Assembly (NCBI GenBank): GCA_963695185.1
Contig: CAVOGH010000002.1
Coordinates: 193,216-257,215 of the forward strand
Source of the DNA: an uncultured Gemmatimonadales bacterium
GTDB lineage: Bacteria; Gemmatimonadota; Gemmatimonadetes; Gemmatimonadales; GWC2-71-9
DNA: 64,000 nucleotides
Direction: 5' to 3'
Each line of letters starts with the position of its first letter. Positions within the stretch are counted from its first letter, which is position 1. Shown piece by piece: positions 14,962 through 23,862 of the stretch. The position numbers and the translations under genes are program-made. The notes beneath the pieces are model-generated. The model saw only the letters and a list, made by a program, of their open reading frames with translations, had not been told where the DNA came from and did no database searches.

Positions 14962-17620
14962 CTACGACCCTTTCGCCACCGTATCCGCCAGCTCGGCGTG
15001 GAACCGGGCCGAGAGTTCCGGCTGGCCGAGGGAGTCGTAGGCGGCGGCCAGGTCGCGCCGGGCGGCGCGGATGAAGCTGGTGGCCGGGTCGGTCTGCCGG
15101 ATGAGAATGTCGTAGCCCTTCCGGCTGGCCACCACCGCCTCCCGGTAGCGCTGCTGCCGCAGCAGGGTGCGGCCCAGCTTGATGTACCCGATGCCGGTGT
15201 TGACATGATCGGGTGAGAGCGTGGCCTCGTAGATCGCGATGGCCCGCCGGTAGAGGTCTTCCGCCGTCCGGTAGTCCTGCTTCTGCGACCGCACGCTCGC
15301 GACGTTGGCCATCGCCACGCCCACGAACTGGTGCTGCTCCCCGAACACCTGGCGGTAGATCGCCAGCACCCGGCGGTAGCGCGCTTCGGCCAGGTCGAAT
15401 TGATCCGCCTGCCAGGCGGCGTTGCCCAGCTCGTTCAGGGCCTCCGCCGTCTGCGGGTGCACCGGGCCGAAGACCCGTTCGTTGATGGCCAGCGCCTGCT
15501 CCAGGGCGGCGTTGGCCTCGGCCAGCTTCTCGCTCGTACTGCAGCGCCCGGCCCAGCCGGGTGAGGTTGGCGGCGGTCTCGGGATGATCCTCGCCGTACC
15601 ACCCGCGAGCGATTTCCAGCGCCTGCCGGTAGGACTGTTCCGCGTCGGCGTACTTGCCCAGGACCACCTCGATCTCTCCCAGGGTAGCCAGGTCGGTGGC
15701 GATCTCGGGGTGCCGCTCGCCATGGCTGGCGCGGTTGAGCGCCAGCACCCGCCGGATCAGGGAATCGGCGGCGGGGTAATGGCCGGCGTAGAAGTGGGCG
15801 TTGCCCAGCTCGCGCAGGTGGGCGGCCTGATCCCTCGGGCCGGCACTGGTGGCCGAATCAATCTGGACCACCCCTTCCATGACCCGGATGGCTTCGTCGT
15901 ACTGCCCCCGCTTCTGCAACGTCAGTCCCAGCGCCGACGAGGCATCGACGACGCTCGGGTGATTCCGCGGGAGGGTGCGTTCGAAAATCGCCAGAGCCCG
16001 CCGGATGACGCTGTCGGCCTCCTCCAGCCGGGCCTGGTCCACCCGGAGCCGCCCGAGCGCAACCAGCCCCCGGCCGACGTCGGGGCTGGTGGAGTCTTCG
16101 CCGGCCACCCGCAGGGCCAGCGCCCGGGAGAGGAGCGAGTCGGCGCGGTCCAGCTTGCCCAGCCGCTGGAAGACGGTGCCGAGTGTCTGGTACAGCTCCG
16201 CCTGTACGATGGGCTCGCGGTCGAGCGCGGCCGCCTCACGCACGCCGCCATCGAGCAGCGACACCACCCGCAGGCTTTCCGCCGGCGCTACCGCCCCCTC
16301 GCCGCCCCGGAACAGGTTCAGCATGAAGCCCTGGATCCGCTCGGAGCGGGCCGCCTCCGCAACGGCGGTGTTGCGCGCCGAGGCCAGCCGGATGGTGTAG
16401 AACAGCACCAGCCCGATGACCAGCGTCAGTACCACCGACGCAGCCAGCACGGCGGTGAGATTCCGCCGCACGAACTTTCCCAGCCGGTAGCCCACGGTGT
16501 CGGGGCGCGCCTCGAGCGGCTCGCCCTCGAGATAGCGGTCCACCTCGTCGATGAGCGCGTCCACGTTGCGGTAGCGGCGAGCGGGGTCCTGGTGCATCGC
16601 GGTGAGGCAGAGCACGTCGAGGTCGGCCCAGGCGGCGGCGCCCAGTCCCGACCAGAGTTCACCGCTTCGGGCCGACTCCTCCCGCGCCGCCAGCGACGGC
16701 CGCACCGGTTCCTTCTGGGTGATCAGGTCGGCGGCCGATTCCGGGGTCCGTCCGGTCAGGTCGAAGGGGAGCCGGCCGCCGAGCAGCTCGTACAGCACCA
16801 CGCCCAGCGAGTAGACATCGGAGTGCACGCCGACGCGGCCGCCCCGGAGCTGCTCCGGCGCGGCGTAGGCGGGGGTCAGCGCCCGGAGCCCGGTTCGGGT
16901 CTGGTCCTGGGTGAGGTCGACCGTCTCCAGCTGCTTGGCGATGCCGAAGTCGAGCAGCTTCACCACCCCGTCGGGGCGGACCAGGATGTTGGACGGCTTG
17001 ATGTCGCGGTGGATGACGGCGTGCTGGTGGGCGTGGCGAACTGCCTCACACACGGTGCGGAACAGCCGGAGCCGCTCGGTGACGCTGCTGTGGTGCGTGC
17101 GGCACCAGTCGGTGAGCGGCAGCCCGTCCACGTATTCCATGGCGAACCACGGGGTGCCGTCGGGCAGGGTGTCGGCGTCGTACAGCCGGGCGATGCCGGG
17201 ATCGTTGAGCTGGGCGAGGGTGCGCTGCTCGGCAAAGAAGCGCTCCCGCCGGGCGGGGGAGAGCCAGGCGTCGGGCAGGATCTTGATCGCCGCCCGGGCG
17301 CCGAGGTCGGCGCGGTCGGCCAGGTAGACCACCCCCATGCCGCCTTCGCCCAGGACCCGGATCAGCCGGTAGGGCCCGAACAGCTGCTTGCCGAGCTGGG
17401 CCTCGTCGAGACGGCCGAGGATGGCCTCGGCGGTGACCGCAACACCGCGGTCCAGCATCGGCGCTCCGTCCCCGTCGTGGGCGAGCATCCCCATGACGTC
17501 GGCGATCAGCTCGGGATCAGGGCCTGCCTCCTGTTCCACGAAGGGGCGCCGGTCGTCCGGATCCCGTTCCAGCGCCTCGTGGAACAGCGCCTGCACCCGC
17601 TCCCACCGGGCCCGGTTCAT
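14962..17620 (-). pseudogene. Ser/Thr protein kinase with TM segment and long TPR domain, frame disrupted near 15530-15545
   Basis: Kinase motifs GEGGMGVVYLA, AIKIL, HRDIKPSNIL, DFGIAK, APEQ, then a TM segment and TPR repeats. TPR homology continues from ORF 14468..17662 (...LTRLGRALQYE) into ORF 14962..15723 (EKLAEANAALEQALAINERVFGPVHPQTAEALNELG...). Confidence 0.8.
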
Positions 17621-18165
17621 GGCGCTCCGCTCGCGCTGCCCTGGAGCTCGTAGGCCAGCCACGCCCGCGCCGCCCGCCAGTCACGCAGCACCGTCGCTTC
17701 GGAGACGCCGAGCAGCTCGGCGATCTCGGGGATATCGAGCCCGCCGAAGAAGCGGCCCTCGACCATCGCCGCCTGCCGGGGGTTGAGCTGGGCCAGGGTC
17801 TCGAGCGCGTCGTGCAGCTGCAGCAGCTCCTCGGAGGTTGCGTCCGGCTGCTCGAGGGCCTCGTCGAAGGTCACGGCGGTCTGGCCACCACCACGCTTGT
17901 CGGCGTTCCGGCGCCGGGCGGCCTCGATCAGCACCTGGCGCATGGCCCGGGCGGCGATACGCTTGAACTCGAGCCGCGACAGGTGCCCGAGCGCCGGGCT
18001 GGCCGAGAGCTTGAGCCACGCCTCGTTGACCAGGGCGGTGGGCGTCAGGGTGGCGCTCCGGTCTCCTTGCCGGACCGCGCTGGCGAGGCGTTTGAGCTCC
18101 TCGTAGGCGGCGCCGAACAGCCGGTTCACGGCGTCGCGGTCGCGATCGGCGGATGCGGGGGTCAT
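17617..18165 (-). CDS. ECF sigma factor (Sigma70_ECF/TIGR02999-like type)
   Basis: LFGAAYEELKRLA...TALVNEAWLKL (region 2) and LNPRQAAMVEGRFFGGLDIPEIAELLGVSEATVLRDWRAARAWL (region 4). Its TGA overlaps the kinase ATG (ATGA). Confidence 0.85.
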   Translation of the reverse strand: MTPASADRDRDAVNRLFGAAYEELKRLASAVRQGDRSATLTPTALVNEAWLKLSASPALGHLSRLEFKRIAARAMRQVLIEAARRRNADKRGGGQTAVTFDEALEQPDATSEELLQLHDALETLAQLNPRQAAMVEGRFFGGLDIPEIAELLGVSEATVLRDWRAARAWLAYELQGSASGAP

Positions 18166-18381
18166 CCGGTCGTCTCCATGGGTTCCAAGCTACCTGCCGG
18201 TGGGAATTCGGCCAGCGCGCTGGGAGGCCCAGCCCGCGGCGCGAAGCGATCCTCCCGTTGGCCCCGCTCCCCACCACTCCCTTACGGCCGGATGTTCCTG
18301 CCCGAGACCGGCGATCCATCATGACGGTTCTTCCCGTCCGGCTGCGCATAGCGGGGTGAACCCTCTCGAGGAGCACGACGG

Positions 18382-18571
18382 ATGCACTGGCACAGGATGG
18401 CCGGATCGGGGACGGTAACTCTCGCCCTGATAGTGGCTTGCGGCAGCGGCGGGGCCACCGGTCCGGGAGGGGGGGGGCACCCTGACCGCCACCCTAGTAC
18501 CGGCCCCCAACGGCACGGCCACCGGCAACCTCGACATCAGCAACATGACCTTCAGCATCGGCCTCCCCTGA
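18382..18571 (+). pseudogene. Small putative lipoprotein interrupted by a G9 tract (18469-18477)
   Basis: Signal and lipobox MHWHRMAGSGTVTLALIVAC are in frame 1. After the G9 run, the frame with near-total GC3 reads TLTATLVPAPNGTATGNLDISNMTFSIGLP* (stop 18569-18571), whereas the continued frame 1 has poor GC3. Confidence 0.4.
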
Positions 18572-18622
18572 GCCTCGACGCCCAGGGATCAACGGCAGTT
18601 CACCCCTACGGGAGCACCGACC

Positions 18623-19510
18623 ATGTGGGATTTCATCACCGGGATCTTCACCCTCGTGCTGTGGATCGGCATTCCGCTGATCATCTTCGCGGCGTGGACC
18701 TACAACAAGCTGCAGCGGCAGGCACAGGATGTTCGTGAGGCGACCTCAAATGTCCAGGTGGCGGTCAGCAAGAAACTCAACCTCCTCAATCAGTTGATGG
18801 ATGTCGTGAAAAGCTACCAGGAAAGCGAGCAGTTCACCCACCTGAAGGTGTCGCAGGACAATTCCGCGGTGGCGCTGGCGGCCGCGTACCAGGAGTCGGG
18901 ATCCATGATGGCCACCATCCAGGGCATGGCCGATCGATTCCCCAATCTCAAGGCCAGCGAGCAGTATCATCGGCTGACCGACAGCATCCAGCACTGCGAG
19001 ATGGACATCCAGCGGACCCGCGAGCTCTACAATGGCACCGTCAAGGGCTACAACAACGCCTATCTCAAATTCCCCACCGTGCTGGTGGCGCCTGTGCTGG
19101 GCTTCTCCAAGGCACCGTACCTGGAGTTCGACGTGTCGGGGAACATCGACGCCACCGCGCTCAAGTCCTTCCAGACCGACGACGGTGCGCGGCTCAAGCA
19201 GCTCCTGGCCGGCGCCGGGGGATCCATCGCCGGGGCGACCCGGGCGCTGGCGGGCGGGGCGGGCCAGGCCGGGAAGATGATCGCCAGCCACGCCGGCCAG
19301 GCGGGCAAGCTCATCGCCGCCAAGGTGGCGGAGCAGCAGGCCCAGAACGGGGCGACCTACTTCTACCTGCCCAAGGGCGGCGTGCCCCGGGGTCCGGTAC
19401 CGCTGCCCACCGTCCGTGAACTGATCCAGCGGGGCGAACTCGAACCCGACGTGATGGTGGCCCGCACCGGCTCGGAGGACTGGCAGCCGATGTCGGCGGT
19501 GGAGGGGTAG
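18623..19510 (+). CDS. lemA: LemA family protein with C-terminal GYF_2-like domain
   Basis: N-terminal TM plus YNKLQRQAQDVREATSNVQVAVSKKLNLLNQLMDVVKSY (LemA-like). C-terminal YFYLPKGGVPRGPVPLPTVRELIQRGELEPDVMVARTGSEDWQPM. Confidence 0.75.
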   Translation: MWDFITGIFTLVLWIGIPLIIFAAWTYNKLQRQAQDVREATSNVQVAVSKKLNLLNQLMDVVKSYQESEQFTHLKVSQDNSAVALAAAYQESGSMMATIQGMADRFPNLKASEQYHRLTDSIQHCEMDIQRTRELYNGTVKGYNNAYLKFPTVLVAPVLGFSKAPYLEFDVSGNIDATALKSFQTDDGARLKQLLAGAGGSIAGATRALAGGAGQAGKMIASHAGQAGKLIAAKVAEQQAQNGATYFYLPKGGVPRGPVPLPTVRELIQRGELEPDVMVARTGSEDWQPMSAVEG

Positions 19511-19555
19511 CAGGCGATTGGGCGAGTAGGCGAGTAGGCGATTGGGCGATTCGCG
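19511..19555 (+). repeat. 8-bp tandem repeat, five units (CAGGCGAT, TGGGCGAG, TAGGCGAG, TAGGCGAT, TGGGCGAT), directly after the lemA TAG; 19527-19555 is the left arm of a 29-bp inverted repeat
   Basis: Direct reading. Confidence 0.9.
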
Positions 19556-19622
19556 AGCGTCTGAGAATGGGCGCGGAGAACTACCACGGTGGCTCTTCCC
19601 GGCACCGTACTCCAACTCCCAG

Positions 19623-19651
19623 CGCGAATCGCCCAATCGCCTACTCGCCTA
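19623..19651 (-). repeat. Octamer units on the minus strand (TAGGCGAG TAGGCGAT TGGGCGAT TCGCG); right arm of the 29-bp inverted repeat; first TAG is the helicase stop codon
   Basis: The reverse complement of 19623-19651 is identical to 19527-19555. Confidence 0.9.
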
Positions 19652-22555
19652 TATCAACCCCATCTCCCACAGGTACATCGCCTCCCCGCTCTCCACTCCG
19701 CGGCGGCGCTCGGCCCGGGTCAGCACCAGCCGGTCGCGGGCCCGGGTCATGCCGACATAGAGCAGCCGGCGGCCGTCCTCGATGTCAGCCTTGCTGGGCC
19801 GCTTCCCGGGTTGGGCCCCGGGAAGCTGGCCGTCTTCTACCCCCACCACATACACCCGGGAGAACTCGAGCCCCTTGGTGGCATGCAGGGTGAGCAGGTT
19901 CACCCGGTCATCACTCACCTCGGCGCCGGCGGTGGAGGTGGAGAGTGCCACCCGGGCCAGGAACTCACCCAGCTGGGCCTGGAGGTCCTCGCCGGTGAGG
20001 GAGCTGAGCAGGCTCGCCAGCCGGGCCATGGTGGCGGGATAGCGGTCATTGGCGGTCTTCTCCCGCTGAATGGCCGCCATGAGCTTCCGTCCGCCCAGCC
20101 GCTCGATGAGCTGCTCGACGTCGGGCGTCTCGCCGGCACCGGGCTCGCTCCGCTCCGCTTCATAGGATGAGAGCGCCCGGGTGTAGCGCCCCAGCGCGAA
20201 GATCCGGCCGGCATCGAACAGCATCCGGTCTTCGTTGGCCTGCTCACCGAGCGGGGTGAGCGCCAGCGCCACGGCGAGGTGATCCAGCATGTTGCCCAGG
20301 CTGATGGTTCGGGCCCGCTTGAGCCGCTCCTCCTCCAGCTTGAAGACCACCCGCGCCAGGGTACGGCAGTCGTCGAGGGCGCGGTGGGCCCGACCGGTAT
20401 CGATGCCGAAGGCCTGGGCGAGGTCACCGAGCCGGGCGCTGCCGCGGTGGACGTCGCGGGCCAGCGGCAGGGTGTCGTAGCAGGCGGAAGTGAGCCCGGC
20501 TCCGGCCTGCTCGGCCAGGCGGCGGAGTACCGGGAAGTCGAAGTCGTGCCCGTTGTGGGCCACCAGCTGGTCGTCCCCGGCAAAGGCGCGGAACTCCCGC
20601 CACACCGCTTCGAACGGCGGCGCCGTGGCGACCTCTGCATCGCCGATCCCGTGGACCCGTTGGGCGGCCGGGCTGATCGGCCGGGTCGGCTGCACCAGCC
20701 GCTGGAATTCCTCGACCAGTTCCCCGCCCCGCACCCGCACCCCCGCCAGCTCCACCACCTCCGAGCGGCTCCGGTCGAACTCGTTGGTCTCGACATCCAC
20801 CGCCACGAAGTCGGTCAGCGACGAGCGCAGCCCGCGGCCCTCGATGGCCTGGAGCGCCTTGAAAAGCGTCCCCGCCAGGCTGAGCGCACCGCGGTCCTCG
20901 GGGCGGATGATCTCGTCCTCCGGATGGGGACGGGCGCCTTCATCGAGGTAGCCGATCATCGTCACCCCGGCGCCCCGAAGCATCCCGGCGATGCCAAGCG
21001 CCGCCCCGCCCACCCGCGGCAGCCAGACGCGCTTGCGGCCGTGGCGGGCGGCCGCGAGCCGGGTGGCGAGTGCCGCGGCGGCGGGATCGGCGAGCGGGTC
21101 GCTGAGCAGCGACTCCTCGTACCTCTCCTCCAGCGGGGTGCGGGTCGGGCCCACGCGATGGGAGAGCAGCTCCTCCACCAGCGGTGGCAGGGTGGCGAAG
21201 CGGTCCCTCGTGCTGGGAAGGTTGGCGAGGTTGGTCAGGCAGCGGAGGATCCGCTTGCCGTCCACGTCGGGGTTGCCGCGGACCCGCTTGCCCTCGCGGG
21301 CCAGCCACTCGGGAAACTCGACCTTCTTCCGTTCAGCCCCTGCCCGGAGCGTCCCCATGAGCGGCCGGGGGAGCTGCGCCGCGGCGAACTGTTCGACGAA
21401 CACCGGATCATCGGGCCGGTGAATCACCCGCAGGGCAGCGATGAGGTAGCCCACCACCGGGTCGTCGGCGAGGGCGCGGCCGGTGGCGAGCTGGCAGGGG
21501 ATGCCGGCCTCCACCAGGCGCGACTCCAGCAGGTCTCCGGTCTCGTGGCGGCGGTAGAGCAGCGCCACCTCGCCCCAGTGGTGCTGGTGGTCCGCCCGGT
21601 CCCGCTGCATGTCCTCGATGAGCCAGCTGGCCTCCGCGTCCTCGTCGGCAAAGGTCTGGGCGGTAACCTCCCACTCCGACTCCCGCAGGGCGCGCAGCTC
21701 CTTGTGATGGTCGCGGGGGTTGAGGGCGATGAGCCGCCGGGCGGCCTGAAAGATCTGCCGCGAACAGCGCCGGTTCTCATCGAGGATGATCGGCTGGGTG
21801 ATGCCGTGGTCGTTGAGATACCGGGTGAGCACCGTGGAGTCGGCACCGGCAAAGCCGAAGATGGACTGCTCGTCGTCTCCCACCACGAAGCTGTTGCGGT
21901 GACCCGCGGCCAGGCGGGAGAGTACTTCGTACTGTCCCGTGGTGAGGTCCTGGGCCTCGTCGATGAGCAGGTAGTCCCAGCGCGCGGCAATCGCCTGGGC
22001 GGTCGATTCCCGGGTGCGCAGGAGGAGCTCGGTGTTGGCGATCAGGTCGTCGAAGTCCAGCAGACTCCGCTTGGCCAGGTGGGCGCGGTAGCGCTCGTAG
22101 ATAGGGGTGAGCCAGTCGCCCAGCGGATCGCCCTGGAGCCGGTGCCGGCTGAAGCGGGTGAGGGGCCACTTCCCTTCCTTGTAGAACCCCGAGCGGCGGA
22201 GGGTCTGGAGCTGGTACTCCTCGTCGGCGATGCCGAAGCCGCGGGGGACGCCGACCTCCTCGCCGTACGCGCGCAGCAGCTCGACGCAGAGCGCGTGGAT
22301 GGTGCCGCGATGGATTCCCTCGGCCCGGTCTCCCAGAGCGGCGGCGAGGCGGGCGGCGATCTCGCCGGCGGCGCGGTTGGTGAAGGTCACCGCCACGATG
22401 CGTGACGGCTCGAAGCCCAGCTCCTCGATCAGGTAGCGGATGCGCTGGATGAGGCAGAACGTCTTCCCGGCCCCGGGCCCGGCCAGGACCAGCACCGGAC
22501 CGAGTGGCGCGGCGATGGCCTGCGCCTGGGCCGCAGAGGGGACGATGGTGGCCAC
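19649..22555 (-). CDS. UvrD/PcrA-family helicase with an embedded DEDDh (DnaQ-like) 3'-5' exonuclease domain
   Basis: Helicase motifs AGPGAGKT, LLIDEAQDLT, VVGDDEQSIFGFAGA, TLHATKGLEF, LLYVGMTRARDRL. Between motifs IV and V lies an exonuclease module: VAVDVETNE, GIGDAEV, LVAHNGHDFDFPVL, HRALDDC. Confidence 0.85.
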   Translation of the reverse strand: MATIVPSAAQAQAIAAPLGPVLVLAGPGAGKTFCLIQRIRYLIEELGFEPSRIVAVTFTNRAAGEIAARLAAALGDRAEGIHRGTIHALCVELLRAYGEEVGVPRGFGIADEEYQLQTLRRSGFYKEGKWPLTRFSRHRLQGDPLGDWLTPIYERYRAHLAKRSLLDFDDLIANTELLLRTRESTAQAIAARWDYLLIDEAQDLTTGQYEVLSRLAAGHRNSFVVGDDEQSIFGFAGADSTVLTRYLNDHGITQPIILDENRRCSRQIFQAARRLIALNPRDHHKELRALRESEWEVTAQTFADEDAEASWLIEDMQRDRADHQHHWGEVALLYRRHETGDLLESRLVEAGIPCQLATGRALADDPVVGYLIAALRVIHRPDDPVFVEQFAAAQLPRPLMGTLRAGAERKKVEFPEWLAREGKRVRGNPDVDGKRILRCLTNLANLPSTRDRFATLPPLVEELLSHRVGPTRTPLEERYEESLLSDPLADPAAAALATRLAAARHGRKRVWLPRVGGAALGIAGMLRGAGVTMIGYLDEGARPHPEDEIIRPEDRGALSLAGTLFKALQAIEGRGLRSSLTDFVAVDVETNEFDRSRSEVVELAGVRVRGGELVEEFQRLVQPTRPISPAAQRVHGIGDAEVATAPPFEAVWREFRAFAGDDQLVAHNGHDFDFPVLRRLAEQAGAGLTSACYDTLPLARDVHRGSARLGDLAQAFGIDTGRAHRALDDCRTLARVVFKLEEERLKRARTISLGNMLDHLAVALALTPLGEQANEDRMLFDAGRIFALGRYTRALSSYEAERSEPGAGETPDVEQLIERLGGRKLMAAIQREKTANDRYPATMARLASLLSSLTGEDLQAQLGEFLARVALSTSTAGAEVSDDRVNLLTLHATKGLEFSRVYVVGVEDGQLPGAQPGKRPSKADIEDGRRLLYVGMTRARDRLVLTRAERRRGVESGEAMYLWEMGLI

Positions 22556-22559
22556 GCGG

Positions 22560-23862
22560 TCAGTCCTTGCCGCCCCCTGCGCCGGGCCGGGGTCCGAGCT
22601 TCCCCAGACGCCAGCGGATGGCGGGCGGCGTGACCAGCGTGGTGACCACGACCATCACCACGGCCGCAGCGAAGGTCTCCCGGCTGACGATCCGTTCGCC
22701 GGCCACGAGCAGCGCGGCGCCCATGTTGGCGAAGATCAGGCCCACCTCGCCGCGCGGGATCATGCCGAGTCCCACCATCACCCGGTCCACCCCGCGGGTC
22801 AGGACCCCGAACCCGGCGAACTGCTTGCCGATCACCGCGGCGACCGTGAGCGCCACGGCGAGGCCGGCCACGCCCGGCTGCACGAAGGCGCGCAGATCGG
22901 TCCGCATGCCCATGAGCACGAAGAACACCGGCACCAGGAAGGAGGAGATGGGATGGATCAGTTCCTCCAGGGCGTGCTCGCCCCGGTCGGTGAAGTCGCG
23001 GTAGTGCACCGACTCGAGGATCAGGCCGGCGCCGAAGGCGCCGACGATCGGAGCCAGCCCGACGGCGCTCGCCAGCCAGGACATGATGAAACAGAAGGAC
23101 AGACCGGCGGCCAGCAGCACCCCGCGGGTCCTGAGCCGTGAGGCCAGGCCGAACGCCCGCGGCGCCACCACGAGGCCCAGGGCCAGCGACCCGACGAGGA
23201 AAGCCATCGCCTTGGCCATGATGCCGGCGATGTCCCCCAGCGCGATCTCTCCCCCCAGGTTGGCCGCGGCGATGATCCCGGTGACGATCGCCAGGATCAC
23301 CAGGCCCAGCACGTCGTCGATCACGGCGGCGCCGAGGATGATGCGGGCCTCGCCGGTGTGGGCGATATCGAGGTCCTTGAAGACCCGGGCGGTGATCCCG
23401 ACGCTGGTCGCGGTGAGCATCGCGCCCAGGAAGGCGTGCACGATAGACGCTGTGGTCCGGCAGCAGCCAGGCGCCGACGCCCCAGCCCAGGGCGAAGGGA
23501 AAGATCACCCCGATCAGCGCCACCAGCAGCGATGACCAGCCCACCTTGAGCATGGAGCTGACGGTGGACTCGAGCCCCACCTCGAACAGCAGCAGGATCA
23601 CGCCCAGCCGTGACAGCATGTCGATGCTGGGATCCTCCTTGATGACCTCCATGCCGTGGTAACCCAGCAGCACGAGGTTGCCGAGGATGATTCCCACGAC
23701 CAGCTCGCCCAGGACGGCAGGCTGCCCGGCCCGGCTGGCCAGGTCTCCCCCCAGCTTGGCGGCGAGCAGGATGACCGCCAGGAATAGGACGACCGCGGCG
23801 ATGGGATCGTAATGGGCGGCTTCGGCGGCCTCTCCGGCGGCGGCCAGCGAGTCCAGAGTCAC
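22560..23862 (-). pseudogene. CPA2-type cation:proton antiporter, frame disrupted near 23436-23446
   Basis: The N-terminal third is in ORF 22429..23862 (...GELVVGIILGN...LLLFEVGLES...LLPDHSVY). The remainder is in ORF 22560..23441 (HAFLGAMLTATSVGITARVFKDL...GEARIILGAAVIDDVLGL...). GTGA overlap with the otsAB stop. Confidence 0.8.
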
